Source: Octopus bimaculoides
Taxonomy: Eukaryota
Length of the DNA: 49,046 nt
Direction: 5' to 3'
Assembly: GCF_001194135.2 (NCBI RefSeq)
Contig: NC_068999.1
Coordinates: 39,988,561 to 40,037,606 of the forward strand
Part shown: positions 1 through 11,847 of the stretch, one piece after another
Layout of the letters: the number at the start of each line of letters is the position of its first letter
Numbering within the stretch: position 1 is the first letter of the stretch
Program-made: the position numbers and the translations under genes
The notes under the pieces: generated by a model
What the model saw: the letters and a program-made list of their open reading frames with translations, nothing else
Databases searched by the model: none
What the model was told of the DNA's origin: nothing

Positions 1-240
1 TTGTATGCGTGTCTGTGTGAGTGTGTAGTTGTTGGTGAGAAGTGTGTGTGTATGTGTGTGTGTGCGTGTGTGTGTATATGTGTGGAGGTGCGTGTGTGTG
101 TGGGATTGTGAGTGTTAGGTACGGGTGTGTGTGTGTTTATGTGTGTCTGTATGTGTTTCCGTGTGCGCGTGTGTGTATATTTTTTGTGCGTGCGTGTATG
201 TGTATATTGCGTATGTGTTATGTATGTGAGTGAGTATTGT
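1..240. repeat. degenerate (TG)n/(TGTA)n microsatellite
   Basis: Interrupted TG dinucleotide run; the source of ORFs 42-233 and 115-297. Confidence 0.95.
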
Positions 241-694
241 GTATGTGAGAAGTATGAAATTCTTGTGATAAACATATAGCGAATAATAGCTTTCCACATT
301 TCTATGACTATATTACATGAGATTAGTTAACTTGAAAAACATCTTATTTTCTTGGCAATATGACGACAATGCTATTGCTAAAGTGTGTTAGTTTATCAAT
401 ATATAGTAAAAAGTATGAAAAAGATTCGAACAAAATTTTTCAAAAATATAATCCTTCTATTCAACGCGTTGTTAAAATTTGTGATTCAAATATATCCTTT
501 TGTGAAGCCTCGTTGATATTTAAATATGTTCGTGACTTTTTCCTGTAATTTTTGGCGTATTTTTTACGCAAACATGTGTGGGTGGCTGGGTTTAAGCGTG
601 GATATGTATAGAATTTTCAATTTAATGTTTCTATATATACTACATCCTTCAATAAAAAAAAATAGCTTCTGATATCGTTTTCTTCTAGTATAAA

Positions 695-781
695 TACACG
701 CACACACAAATACACACACACGCACTCACACACACACACACACACACACGCACGCACACACACATATACACACACACACAT
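695..781. repeat. (CA)n microsatellite
   Basis: Direct inspection. Confidence 0.95.
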
Positions 782-2037
782 GCATGTATCATTTTTCTAT
801 CTGTTGATATATATATATATGACTGAATATAAGTCAGATTGTATAAAGGGGCTTCAATTATCCAAAAATATAAACAGAATTAAATATGAATCCATATTAA
901 AAGTGAAACACAACCCATCTATTGTAATACAGACCAAATACAGACCAAAAATAAATATTACAAATTTATCTCCCCTATAATGTAAAATGAATGAATGAAC
1001 AATTATCTCCCCTAGTAATATGGCTTCTCCCAGCTTCTCTATTTTTTAACCCTTAGCTTGATGAGCAATGTGAAACCGGTCCTTACTTTAATTATATTGA
1101 AAGAACAAAATCTTATTTTGTCGAAAATTGTGTAATATACGTATTATCATGACTGTAATATCCTATTTAATCCTGTAAAACAAATCTGTGTTTTCATATT
1201 TTCGTGTATGTATGTTTATATATATATATGCGTCTACATTCATACGCATACATATATGTATATACATGAGTATGTGTGCATTGTCTATGTACTTCAAGCA
1301 AAGTTCTTCCGTAAGTATTGGCTACGGAATGTCATCATAAAGTAGAAATGCCGTTGCTACATCAGGAATCTCTCAGTATCTGTGGATTCTACATAAATAT
1401 ATGAATAATAGATTGAACGACGTTCTTCTATTTAAAATCACTTTAATTTGTATTTGTACAATTTATAATCATAGTACATTGGTGAGATGATACAATTAAC
1501 ATACTGTGTAATCACAATCATCCATGAAAGGGTATGATGCGCTTCTTCGGGTGATTCTTCCAAATAATTCGTCCTTTAGATCATGCTATCATTTCGCACA
1601 GTGTGAGAATAAAAAAGCAAATCATTGTATTATTTTCAGGAAGTTGTACAAAAAACTAAACCCATAGATATAGTGACCAAAACAGTACAAATAAAATCAA
1701 AATACAAAATAGTTAGAAATAAACAGACAAAAATGAAAAATTGTTCAGGCAGACAATAAATTACAATTCTATCTTCAAGTTCAGATTCTGATGAAGAAAA
1801 CGCAATAGAGTTTGAAGAATGAAATTAAGCTTTTAAATATAATATTGTGATAAAGTGACCACTTTTGTATTTTTCAACTGTTTCCCTGAAGGAAATTATC
1901 CGCTTCTCCATTCTATACCCGAACCAGCTTATATATAAAGTTAATTTATGACCATTTGGGTTGTATATGTCCTTGTGAAAAGATTGGAGAAATAAGTTAG
2001 TAGGTAACTCCTCCCCCGTACACATCCTTTAATCAGT

Positions 2038-2091
2038 TTACTACTTTCAGTGATTGAACTCTGGTCATACTGGAGCACCACACGTATGTAT
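2038..2091 (-). mobile_element. SINE family S2, 3' tail fragment
   Basis: Reverse complement GTGGTGCTCCAGTATGACCAGAGTTCAATCACTGAAAGTAGTAAA matches the tail at 36943-36995 (GTGCTCCAGCATGACCGCAGTCAAATGACTGAAACAAATAAAAG). Confidence 0.7.
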
Positions 2092-2340
2092 TCATTCATA
2101 TTCAAAAGTACAAAGCAGTGTATATACTTTAACATATATACACGCACATGTATTTATTCATGTTTACACACATATATGCTTTCTACATACATTTTTGTTA
2201 TGTTTTCAGTATATATCAATATCAGTATATGTTGAATTGAAACTCAACATATAAATCGCATGTCCGTTGATTCAATATAGAAATTTAGCATTGCCAAAAT
2301 TAAATATTTAAGTAACTGATGTGTAATATACATTTCATAC

Positions 2341-2366
2341 ATGGTAACTTAAACGGACACTATGGC
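2341..2366 (-). CDS. candidate 26-nt internal exon (xHSVRLSYH), unverified
   Basis: Minus-strand acceptor TGTTTGTCTATTCTGCAG and donor CAT|GTATGA; one open frame (phase 1 to 0). Could be chance. Confidence 0.15.
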
Positions 2367-3276
2367 CTGCAGAATAGACAAACATTCACAAAGTCACTGG
2401 TATTTTTCTTTCTCAAAACCAGGAGAATCAAATAAAACCTCAACCTCTGATGGATTTGATCCCTTATAAATAACCAATAAATTCTCCACCACACCAATAT
2501 TTAACATAAACAGAAGCTCGCTGACATTGTCAAATCATTTTTGATATTTTCATTGTGTTTCATCAATAGTTACATTTTTACATTCGCATTTTTCGACAAT
2601 GTAAAAAAAGGTAAAAAAATTCACATTTCTATTGTGTGTTAGGAATTATATATATTTCTTTCGCTTGTGTATGTATATATTAATACATGTGTCCGTGCGT
2701 GTTTATGTATTTGTGCAATGTGTGCGTATTTTATTACTTCTTCAACAAAGTGTGCACTTTATCTTGTTTACATAATAGCAGATATTAAATTGATATCTGA
2801 TACGTATTTCGTTTCTCTTCCGTTATCATCTATTGTAATCAGTCTCATGTCATTGCTTGCTTCCGGTAACCTTTTCACTGAATATCCGGATGTAAGCATG
2901 GTTTATAACTTATACAATAACGCTGTTATATCACAAGCTATTACAAATATTTTATATCAACTTTTGCTGCATTTAATTTATATTTTCTACTTACTGTAAA
3001 AATTGATTTTCCTTTTTTCTTTTAACTTTCTATAGTTTGCTTTTTGTATGTAATTTTTGTCATTCCATCTCTACTTTCAGCTAAGTAGTTCCTAACGACA
3101 TCGCAATATATTTTGAAGATAGCTGTAGAGGAAAATACAAGAATGGATCATTCCAAAAGTGCGATGATATCACAACCCTTCGTTTCACTCCTTTTCTTTT
3201 CTTTCTCTTTTCTTCCTTCTCTCCACATACATAGTGTCTTCATGCTGGGATCTACGTCATGAGTTCACCTCCATGT

Positions 3277-3354
3277 TATACGGACTAGATGTATTTCATA
3301 TCACACTCCACCATCTTGAATATACGGACAAGATGTATTTCATATCACACTCCA
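3277..3354 (+). repeat. 34-bp direct duplication, period 44
   Basis: TATACGGAC(T/A)AGATGTATTTCATATCACACTCCA at 3277-3310 and 3321-3354, 1 mismatch. Confidence 0.9.
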
Positions 3355-4129
3355 ACATAAACCTACTCAGCCCTTGAAATTTCTAGTCTGATAGTATTGC
3401 AATGTCGGTGTTATATGTTTTTCAAACACAGGGTACGTTGGACTACAAAAGAACAACATTACATACCTATTATTGTGGGAAAATGTACCATGTATGTCAA
3501 TGAAATAATTAGGCATGTGCGCGCCAATAACATTGCATCATCGCATTTCCACCACACAAAAGATAACTTATGTATAATCAAATATTCTATATTGCTTTTA
3601 ATACAAATTAGATATTATTAACAGTTCTAATTAAAAACTTTGTATCTGTATTACTTTGGTTACAGAAGTTGAAACTAAATCGACATCATCTCTAAGTTAC
3701 ATATTCCTTAGTCAAGATAATTTGCTCTGTTACGTACATAATTGCACCCAGCACGAATGAATCGGATGTATGTATTCCGGCGCATCTTAATTATTAATTA
3801 CTATAACATATGAATGCATCATGAAAGCATTATGAAACGTCCTCTCTTATATTTGAAGAAGCCTGTCCATCTTTTATATGCGTTTGCATCTGTTTCAAGT
3901 TACTTGATCTATTACATCATTGTCTGCTTCTATTCTACTTCAACCAACTTTTAAAACATTCAACGTTTTATTACGTTCCTGACTTATTTATTTATTCATG
4001 AATACACGCACATACATTCACGCACACATATAAATGTATGTATGTATGTATATATATATATCTGTATACATATATCTTTATATATATATGCATAGATGTA
4101 TGTATATATACATACATCCATGCATATAT

Positions 4130-4165
<36 letters not shown>

Positions 4166-4505
4166 NNNNNNNNNNNNNNNNNNNNNNNNNNNNNNNNNNN
4201 NNNNNNNNNNNNNNNNNNNNNNNNNNNNNNNNNNNNNNNNNNNNNNNNNNNNNNNNNNNNNNNNNNNNNNNNNNNNNNNNNNNNNNNNNNNNNNNNNNNN
4301 NNNNNNNNNNNNNNNNNNNNNNNNNNNNNNNNNNNNNNNNNNNNNNNNNNNNNNNNNNNNNNNNNNNNNNNNNNNNNNNNNNNNNNNNNNNNNNNNNNNN
4401 NNNNNNNNNNNNNNNNNNNNNNNNNNNNNNNNNNNNNNNNNNNNNNNNNNNNNNNNNNNNNNNNNNNNNNNNNNNNNNNNNNNNNNNNNNNNNNNNNNNN
4501 NNNNN
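4166..4505. other. assembly gap (N)
   Basis: N run between (TA)n and (TG)n. Other gaps approx: 10087-10999, 11848-12726, 18080-18130, 20709-20834, 21558-22377, 22983-23733, 24548-25147, 29006-29015, 30735-30784, 38215-38282, 42348-42955, 45237-45535. Confidence 1.
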
Positions 4506-4552
<47 letters not shown>

Positions 4553-5543
4553 GTACACATATTCTATTCTCTCTTAGAAATTTCTTTTAGTGCTCGATTC
4601 TAATGCAGCTGGACATACTCTCTTCTACAACTTGCTACCTCTTGGAATACACATCTACACACATCCATACACGTGTGTCTGTCTGTCTGTCTGTATGTAT
4701 GTATGCATGTATGTATGCATGTATGTCTGCATGTGTAGATATATGTGTACATTCGTTTGTACGTTCGAATGCACACATATATATATATACATTCAAATGT
4801 ACATGCCTATATATGCATATATCTACACACGTAGACATATATACACACACTCTCGCATACTCACACACGCTCGCAAACACACGTGCACACACACATAGGG
4901 ACCTATATATTTTGTATTGTGATAATGTAATATACGTAAATATATCTTGAAAAGCATTTTCCGTTGACAAGGACATGCGAACTGCAAAACAAAAAGAGAA
5001 AATTCATAAATGAAAACAACCAAAAAATTATCTGAATTATTGAGGGTAGAGATTTTCTAACAAATTATTAAATTAATACACTGTCGATATGGTCACTCCA
5101 AAGAACATTAAAATTAATTATAATTGGACATTTTAGCTATTGCATTAAACATTAAACTTCAGGATATATTTGTATAAAATTAATTGTTCGACGTGGTTGT
5201 TCAAGGAATTGTCGCCCATATTTTATTAGTTTACCGTATCGTTGTATTGTAATAAAATATTTCCCAATTCTTCATTCTAGAAACTGAAGCATTCTTCAAA
5301 TCATTAAAAACCATTTTCAGGGCTCATTCACTTTCTACTTTATTTTTTACCTGTTTCTCTTATCTTCTAATTACAATTATTATTGTTTTCTAATAAATTA
5401 TTCATTCCATTTCTAGCTAATCAGTTTTATGATGTGCATTAATAGACAATACATTATGTGTTTATGATGCGAGTTCGTTTTGTTTGGTGGATTTTTTCCT
5501 CTTTCCAATTGTGGTTTGAATTGCCTTTCATTCAAATTGATTT

Positions 5544-5592
5544 TGTTGTCGTCGTCGTCGTTGTTGTTGTTGTTGTTGTTGTTGTTGTCGTC
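5544..5592. repeat. (GTT)9 flanked by (GTC)n trinucleotide microsatellite
   Basis: Direct inspection. Confidence 0.95.
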
Positions 5593-6764
5593 GTGGAATT
5601 GTTCGATTGTTTTGTATTCTAAAATTAAAATTAGAAAATTGGAATTATTACCATTTTACTTCTCTACTTCAAATTGTTCAATTAGCACTTTGTTGATTTG
5701 TTCTTGTTGATGTTCTATCCTATATCTCATTTGTTCTATTCTGATTCTCACAGATAGAAGAATATGAATGACGAAGTATCTGTAAATAATTTTCTATCTA
5801 CCCAAAAACATGGATACAATCCTTCACAAAAGATATGAATACCACAGTTTCGCTACGTTAAAAACATATCTTTTAACAGAGGCTTTAAAAAATTATTTTA
5901 CCTTTTATTTGAATCAGAAATATGATGGCTGCTAGAATGAATAGAGTAATAATAAATTTTAAAGAACCTTGCTGTAATTGTTTAGTATCTCATATAATGA
6001 TTGCTTTTGATTCTTTGTGGTCGTTGAAATAATTCTGTTTAATGGATTACATACGTTTCACAAACTATTTTCACCTTGCGCTTACAGAACAAACATTCAT
6101 TTACGTTAAATGTACGTTGAATAGAAAAAATAGTGACAGCAGGCAGCACAATGCAATAATTATTTACATTTTTCTTTTCTATATTTGCATATTCATTTAT
6201 TATTTTGTTTTTTACTACCTAATTTCAACACACTGAATTCAATTTGCTTTACATCTAACCCTGGCTCGATTTACAATGTAACAGGGAAATAGCAGTGTGT
6301 GTATAATCAATTGTACACAGCAGCTATATTGTAGAGATATGCTACTATATTGGAAGCGTGTTTTGATGATTAAGAGTAACAGCTATTAACAACTTGACTA
6401 AACATTCTATTTTATTTCGTCAATGACATGCTGTAAAAGAACACGCCATTACTGAGATATCTTATAATTTCGGCAATGAATTAGATGGTATTATTGAATA
6501 TATTGAATATATGGATCACTGCGCCTAAATCTATCATGCATTCATATATATATATATATATATATCATTCATTACATTTTTGTATGTCTATACCTTTGCT
6601 TTATATGTCTATACCTGTGCTTTCTCCGGAGTCTTTTATATTCACATATATGAAATCACAGTGAGACGATCTCTGAGGGAAAGGCTCACCACGAAGTTTA
6701 CCGAATGGTTTTTATCAACTGTTTTACCTTGGAGATCAAAACTCCTTATAACTATAATAATAAT

Positions 6765-6897
6765 TGTTTTAAATTTCGGCACAAGGCCAGCAGTTTTCGT
6801 ACAAGGTGGGAAATGATCACTGAATGAGAAGAACCAGAAGGAATCTTGTTATGCATTTTGTCCAACGCGCTAACGCTTCTGCTACCTCCCCACCTTA
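6765..6897 (-). mobile_element. SINE family S1, internally deleted copy
   Basis: TTTCGGCACAAGGCCAGC and GCATTTTGTCCAACGCGCTAACGCTTCTGC are reverse complements of the tail and head of the full copy at 41446-41665. Confidence 0.8.
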
Positions 6898-7878
6898 ATG
6901 ATTTCTAATAATGAGATGAAGCTAGAAGATTTATGTAAAATTTCAATGTATTGAAACGATTTCAGTACTACAAAGATATTTATATTATCGGAGCCGTAGG
7001 ATGAAAGGGAATATATCAAAACCCGGAGGGCATAAGAGAACGAAGGTAGGTATTTTGTTTGAGCATTCTCTTTATTATGTCATTCTACCTTTCATAATTC
7101 TAACAATCCAACGTTTACACCGTCCAATACAATATACGATATATTGAACTCACTATCTTATTAGATTGATAATTCAAAGGAAAATTACTATTATGGAAGC
7201 TTCAATATGTTCTAGATTATTAATTAATTCTGCGTCAATATTATATCTACAGAAACTTATTCACGAAACCTTCGGAGATTTCATTTACGAAAGTTTGTAA
7301 ACTTTAACCATTATGAAAACTTCGAATGAACTTTGTAAGAAATGAAGACCATAGTGATGACACCAATCTAAATTTCAGGTCATGTGACGGAGCGCATGTA
7401 ACACACATGAACATGTGCAATCACACACGTAAGACATGTTCTATGAAGTTCAATAAATGCGTCAGTGGGTTTCACAAAATAGGTTTGATGCTAACAACTA
7501 AGACTATACAGTTAAGGGGGAAATAGGTTCTAAGCGTTATTCTATGAATTACTGCATATTACGCAGCAAGATATTATATTTATTTTGTTCTAATGTTGAT
7601 AAAATTATACAATTTTATGAAGCGAGTTAATTAAGTATATTGTTCCAGTTCTTAACTGTTACAATATGTTATCGAAACTTAAAGGAGAGAAGACAAATAT
7701 AACCTTGGCGATATTAGATCACAGAGTGTAAAGAGCTCTAGTCAAAGACGGTAAGCGAATTTGTCTTGTCAGGTGTTCTAATTCTTGTGTTGCTCGATTG
7801 CAGTCATCAACATCATCACAGTTAGAACATTACTATTTGTAAATCTCACAACGAGAGATACACAGCAACAATACGTTG

Positions 7879-8235
7879 AAGTAAAGAGTATTTGCCAACA
7901 TAGCATGGCAGTCCTAGTTTAGGAAGAACGTTGCTGTAATTTAACCCTAGGATACATCGTCTCCAGCTGGCTATACGACACTATCTGTGTCCTTATATTT
8001 TCGAACAAGGGAATCTAGCACCCCAACAATTATTCTGTGCTGATGAAGGGAAGTAACCCGGAAATCGCAATACACAGATATTGTTTTGAGCTGAGTGGAG
8101 GTGCTAGATTCCCTTGTTCGAAAATAAAAGGACACGGGTCGTATCGTATAACCAGCTAGAGAAGATGTCTCCTGGGGCTAAATTACAGTAACATTTGTCC
8201 TAAACCAGGACTGCCATGTTATGTTGGCAAATAAT
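7879..8235 (+). mobile_element. foldback/MITE-like element F, copy A (134-bp inverted arms, 77-bp asymmetric core)
   Basis: Left arm 7889-8022 is the reverse complement of right arm 8100-8233 (outer 26 bp 1 mismatch, inner 36 bp 1 mismatch, middle about 80%). Related copies at 15140, 29016 and 47134. Confidence 0.92.
8034..8078 (+). ncRNA. minimal type-I hammerhead ribozyme-like motif (variant core)
   Basis: TCTGTG-CTGATGA-A-GGG aagtaa CCC-G-GAAA-TCGCAA-T-A-CACAGA: 6-bp stem I in exact register, 3-bp stem II with an extra A and G, near-palindromic stem III. Confidence 0.6.
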
Positions 8236-11200
8236 TATTATCACAGTTGCTTTAAATTTTAGAAGAAGAACAGCAAGACACTTGCGTATGGTATGTTGCT
8301 GTCCTGCAGGATATAATTCTAATCCATAAGCCATATCTACACCTTGTAATTTCTCTTTTACGGAAGCAGAGCATAATTTTACAGAGTAATAAGGCAGCCA
8401 TTTCACGCACGTAAAGCGACTACCTTGAGTTTTCCTCTTTAGAATATTTAGTTCTGTTCTATATTTGCTTCTGGCGTTCTTTTATTTACTATAGCATTGA
8501 AATTAATTATTCACTAGATATATTTAATTATGGCATATAAAAATATTGATGGTAGGCATAAAGTTGCGTGTTATTTATTGTGAGTTAGAAAAGCCTGGGG
8601 ATAAAAGACTTATTTGAATGTTCTAATAATTCCTATTCAGAATATTTTTCATTTGTCAATTGTCTGCAGAGTTCATAAAGGGAATAATATTTTAATCGTC
8701 CATGTCTTATGGGAGTGACTTAATATTAAATTTATTAATATTGCACCATGAGAAATGATGCAAAGTTTGATGTATATATGTGTTTGTTCGTGTTTGTATT
8801 TCTTACAGACCGCGGTGGTTGTTAAAATCGATTATGTCTATCTCTTGACACCTTTCCTACTGTGAATTAATATTTCGACGAAAACTGAACAGATGAAATA
8901 AGTACGAAGATCTGTATGAATGGTTGAACTCTTGTAAACTTTTCGGCCTGTATGCCACAGTACCAAGACTAAAAAATGAACAATACAGATACAATAAGAA
9001 ACATATGTATTATCACCGGATATAAATTTACAGTGGGCATGGTTTTGGCCGAAGGGTCAATAACGACACATTGGAATGACGACACGACGGATTCATTCTT
9101 ATTGCATATTTTACCAGTTCTTTTATTGAATTAGACATTATGGGTGCATATGGAAATAATGAATCATAACTTTGAGACCAAACTATATTAAATTTTATTC
9201 AAATAACCAGATGTTGGTGAAACAGCCAGAGTGAATCACGTGCTGCCTCAGCAAGCTTATAATTTTCTAATCAGTCGTAACATTTTGTCGAGTGATGCTA
9301 AGTTTCCCTATGTTATCAACCTAATGTCATTGTGAAGGCAACAACTACACTTCAAGAAGACAAGGAACCAATCAAAGATTGTAATTATTATTTTACGTAT
9401 TTCGGAGTGAAAGACGGAAGTTGTAATATGTTTCAGTCTTATCAGAGCTCTTCAGTGTTGCTTAGACGACAGTGTTTTCCGAAATATTTGATGATAGCAT
9501 CAGAATGTAGTTGCCTTTGATAAATAAACTATTTTCCAAAGCGCATTACCGAGATAAATTAATAAAAAAAACACACCATCAGCATGATAATTAAATACTC
9601 TTCTCTCTAACATACCAATAGTTAAGTTCATATTAATATGTTCGATACGTTAAACAGCAGAAAATTTAATCGCTACTAAATTACTAATTCGTCTCCACTG
9701 CAGAATTACTTTGAATTACCATCATGATCTTCCCTGCATTGAATATGTTAATGCTAACTTCACTGAGTTTATATATTTTTATTTTATTTATTATTATTTT
9801 TTTGGGTAAATGAATGGTGCGTATATTTATTTATCAAAGAAATAATCCATTAAAATATTCTACTCTATCACACACACCCGAATACATTCGTATAACTGCA
9901 CTATCATTCTCTGAGCATTAAATTGCTTATAACATGTACTCACTGCATCACTTAATGGGTGCTAACAGACAGGAACATGCAGCGATGTGATTTTCGTACT
10001 TGCCGTAGTAGTTACAATATATTAGATTATAATATGTCAGGTCACATGAAAATGATCAACTATTGGTAGTCATATATATATATATANNNNNNNNNNNNNN
10101 NNNNNNNNNNNNNNNNNNNNNNNNNNNNNNNNNNNNNNNNNNNNNNNNNNNNNNNNNNNNNNNNNNNNNNNNNNNNNNNNNNNNNNNNNNNNNNNNNNNN
10201 NNNNNNNNNNNNNNNNNNNNNNNNNNNNNNNNNNNNNNNNNNNNNNNNNNNNNNNNNNNNNNNNNNNNNNNNNNNNNNNNNNNNNNNNNNNNNNNNNNNN
10301 NNNNNNNNNNNNNNNNNNNNNNNNNNNNNNNNNNNNNNNNNNNNNNNNNNNNNNNNNNNNNNNNNNNNNNNNNNNNNNNNNNNNNNNNNNNNNNNNNNNN
10401 NNNNNNNNNNNNNNNNNNNNNNNNNNNNNNNNNNNNNNNNNNNNNNNNNNNNNNNNNNNNNNNNNNNNNNNNNNNNNNNNNNNNNNNNNNNNNNNNNNNN
10501 NNNNNNNNNNNNNNNNNNNNNNNNNNNNNNNNNNNNNNNNNNNNNNNNNNNNNNNNNNNNNNNNNNNNNNNNNNNNNNNNNNNNNNNNNNNNNNNNNNNN
10601 NNNNNNNNNNNNNNNNNNNNNNNNNNNNNNNNNNNNNNNNNNNNNNNNNNNNNNNNNNNNNNNNNNNNNNNNNNNNNNNNNNNNNNNNNNNNNNNNNNNN
10701 NNNNNNNNNNNNNNNNNNNNNNNNNNNNNNNNNNNNNNNNNNNNNNNNNNNNNNNNNNNNNNNNNNNNNNNNNNNNNNNNNNNNNNNNNNNNNNNNNNNN
10801 NNNNNNNNNNNNNNNNNNNNNNNNNNNNNNNNNNNNNNNNNNNNNNNNNNNNNNNNNNNNNNNNNNNNNNNNNNNNNNNNNNNNNNNNNNNNNNNNNNNN
10901 NNNNNNNNNNNNNNNNNNNNNNNNNNNNNNNNNNNNNNNNNNNNNNNNNNNNNNNNNNNNNNNNNNNNNNNNNNNNNNNNNNNNNNNNNNNNNNNNNNNA
11001 TATATATATATATTCACGCACATGCATCACACATACATATACACACACATATATATGTATGTGTGTGTTTGTGTGTATATTTTGTATATAACGCTATATT
11101 ATAAATTTAGCAATCCAGTAAAAGAGCAACAACTTGACTTGTGTTATTACAAAATTGTATTCTTCTAGCAAGTTAAATAAATCCTTTGTTTATACTTCGA

Positions 11201-11531
11201 ACTCAAAGTTCTCGTAGACAGACAATTTTAATTTCTAAAATTGCCACGAAAAGAAGTTGATATACAGGAAATTTACTTCAGTGTTTTATTAATATATTTG
11301 ATTTTTCGTTCATTTCATTTATTTATTGACATATTTATTAGTTTATTTTTCGATGTCTCGTTCCAGCCACTCTAGTAAATTACCGGGCTGTAAATATAGG
11401 CATACACTTATTATATCGACGTGCATTGCACAAGAACGTAGATACATTCATATAAACATATACATAGATCATTTGTAGCGAAAGAGATGCACACATGGAA
11501 AGACACTTACATATACACGTCAATAAATACA

Positions 11532-11567
<36 letters not shown>

Positions 11568-11804
11568 TATATATGTATATGAGTTAACAAATGACTATGA
11601 GTGATTTAATTAAAACTGGAACTCAATAAAACTTAATAATACGCTTACATAAGCTTATTCATGCATACAGAGAGACATCTATCCTGCATATCCACATATA
11701 TATGGAGCTCTTGCCCTCTCTCCCTCGCTTTTCTGCGTCTGTATCTGCCTCATTTTATAAAAATGCGTGTCCCTATGCGTATATATGCTTCAGTGTATAT
11801 GTTG

Positions 11805-11847
<43 letters not shown>

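Noticed and set aside
1640-1812. Plus frame EVVQKTK...GRQ*ITILSSSDSDEENAIEFEE* after an acceptor-like site
   Set aside because: Internal stop, no donor, no recognisable family
8200-8406. ORF MKWLPYYSVKLCSAS...
   Set aside because: No splice context or homology; its end runs into element F
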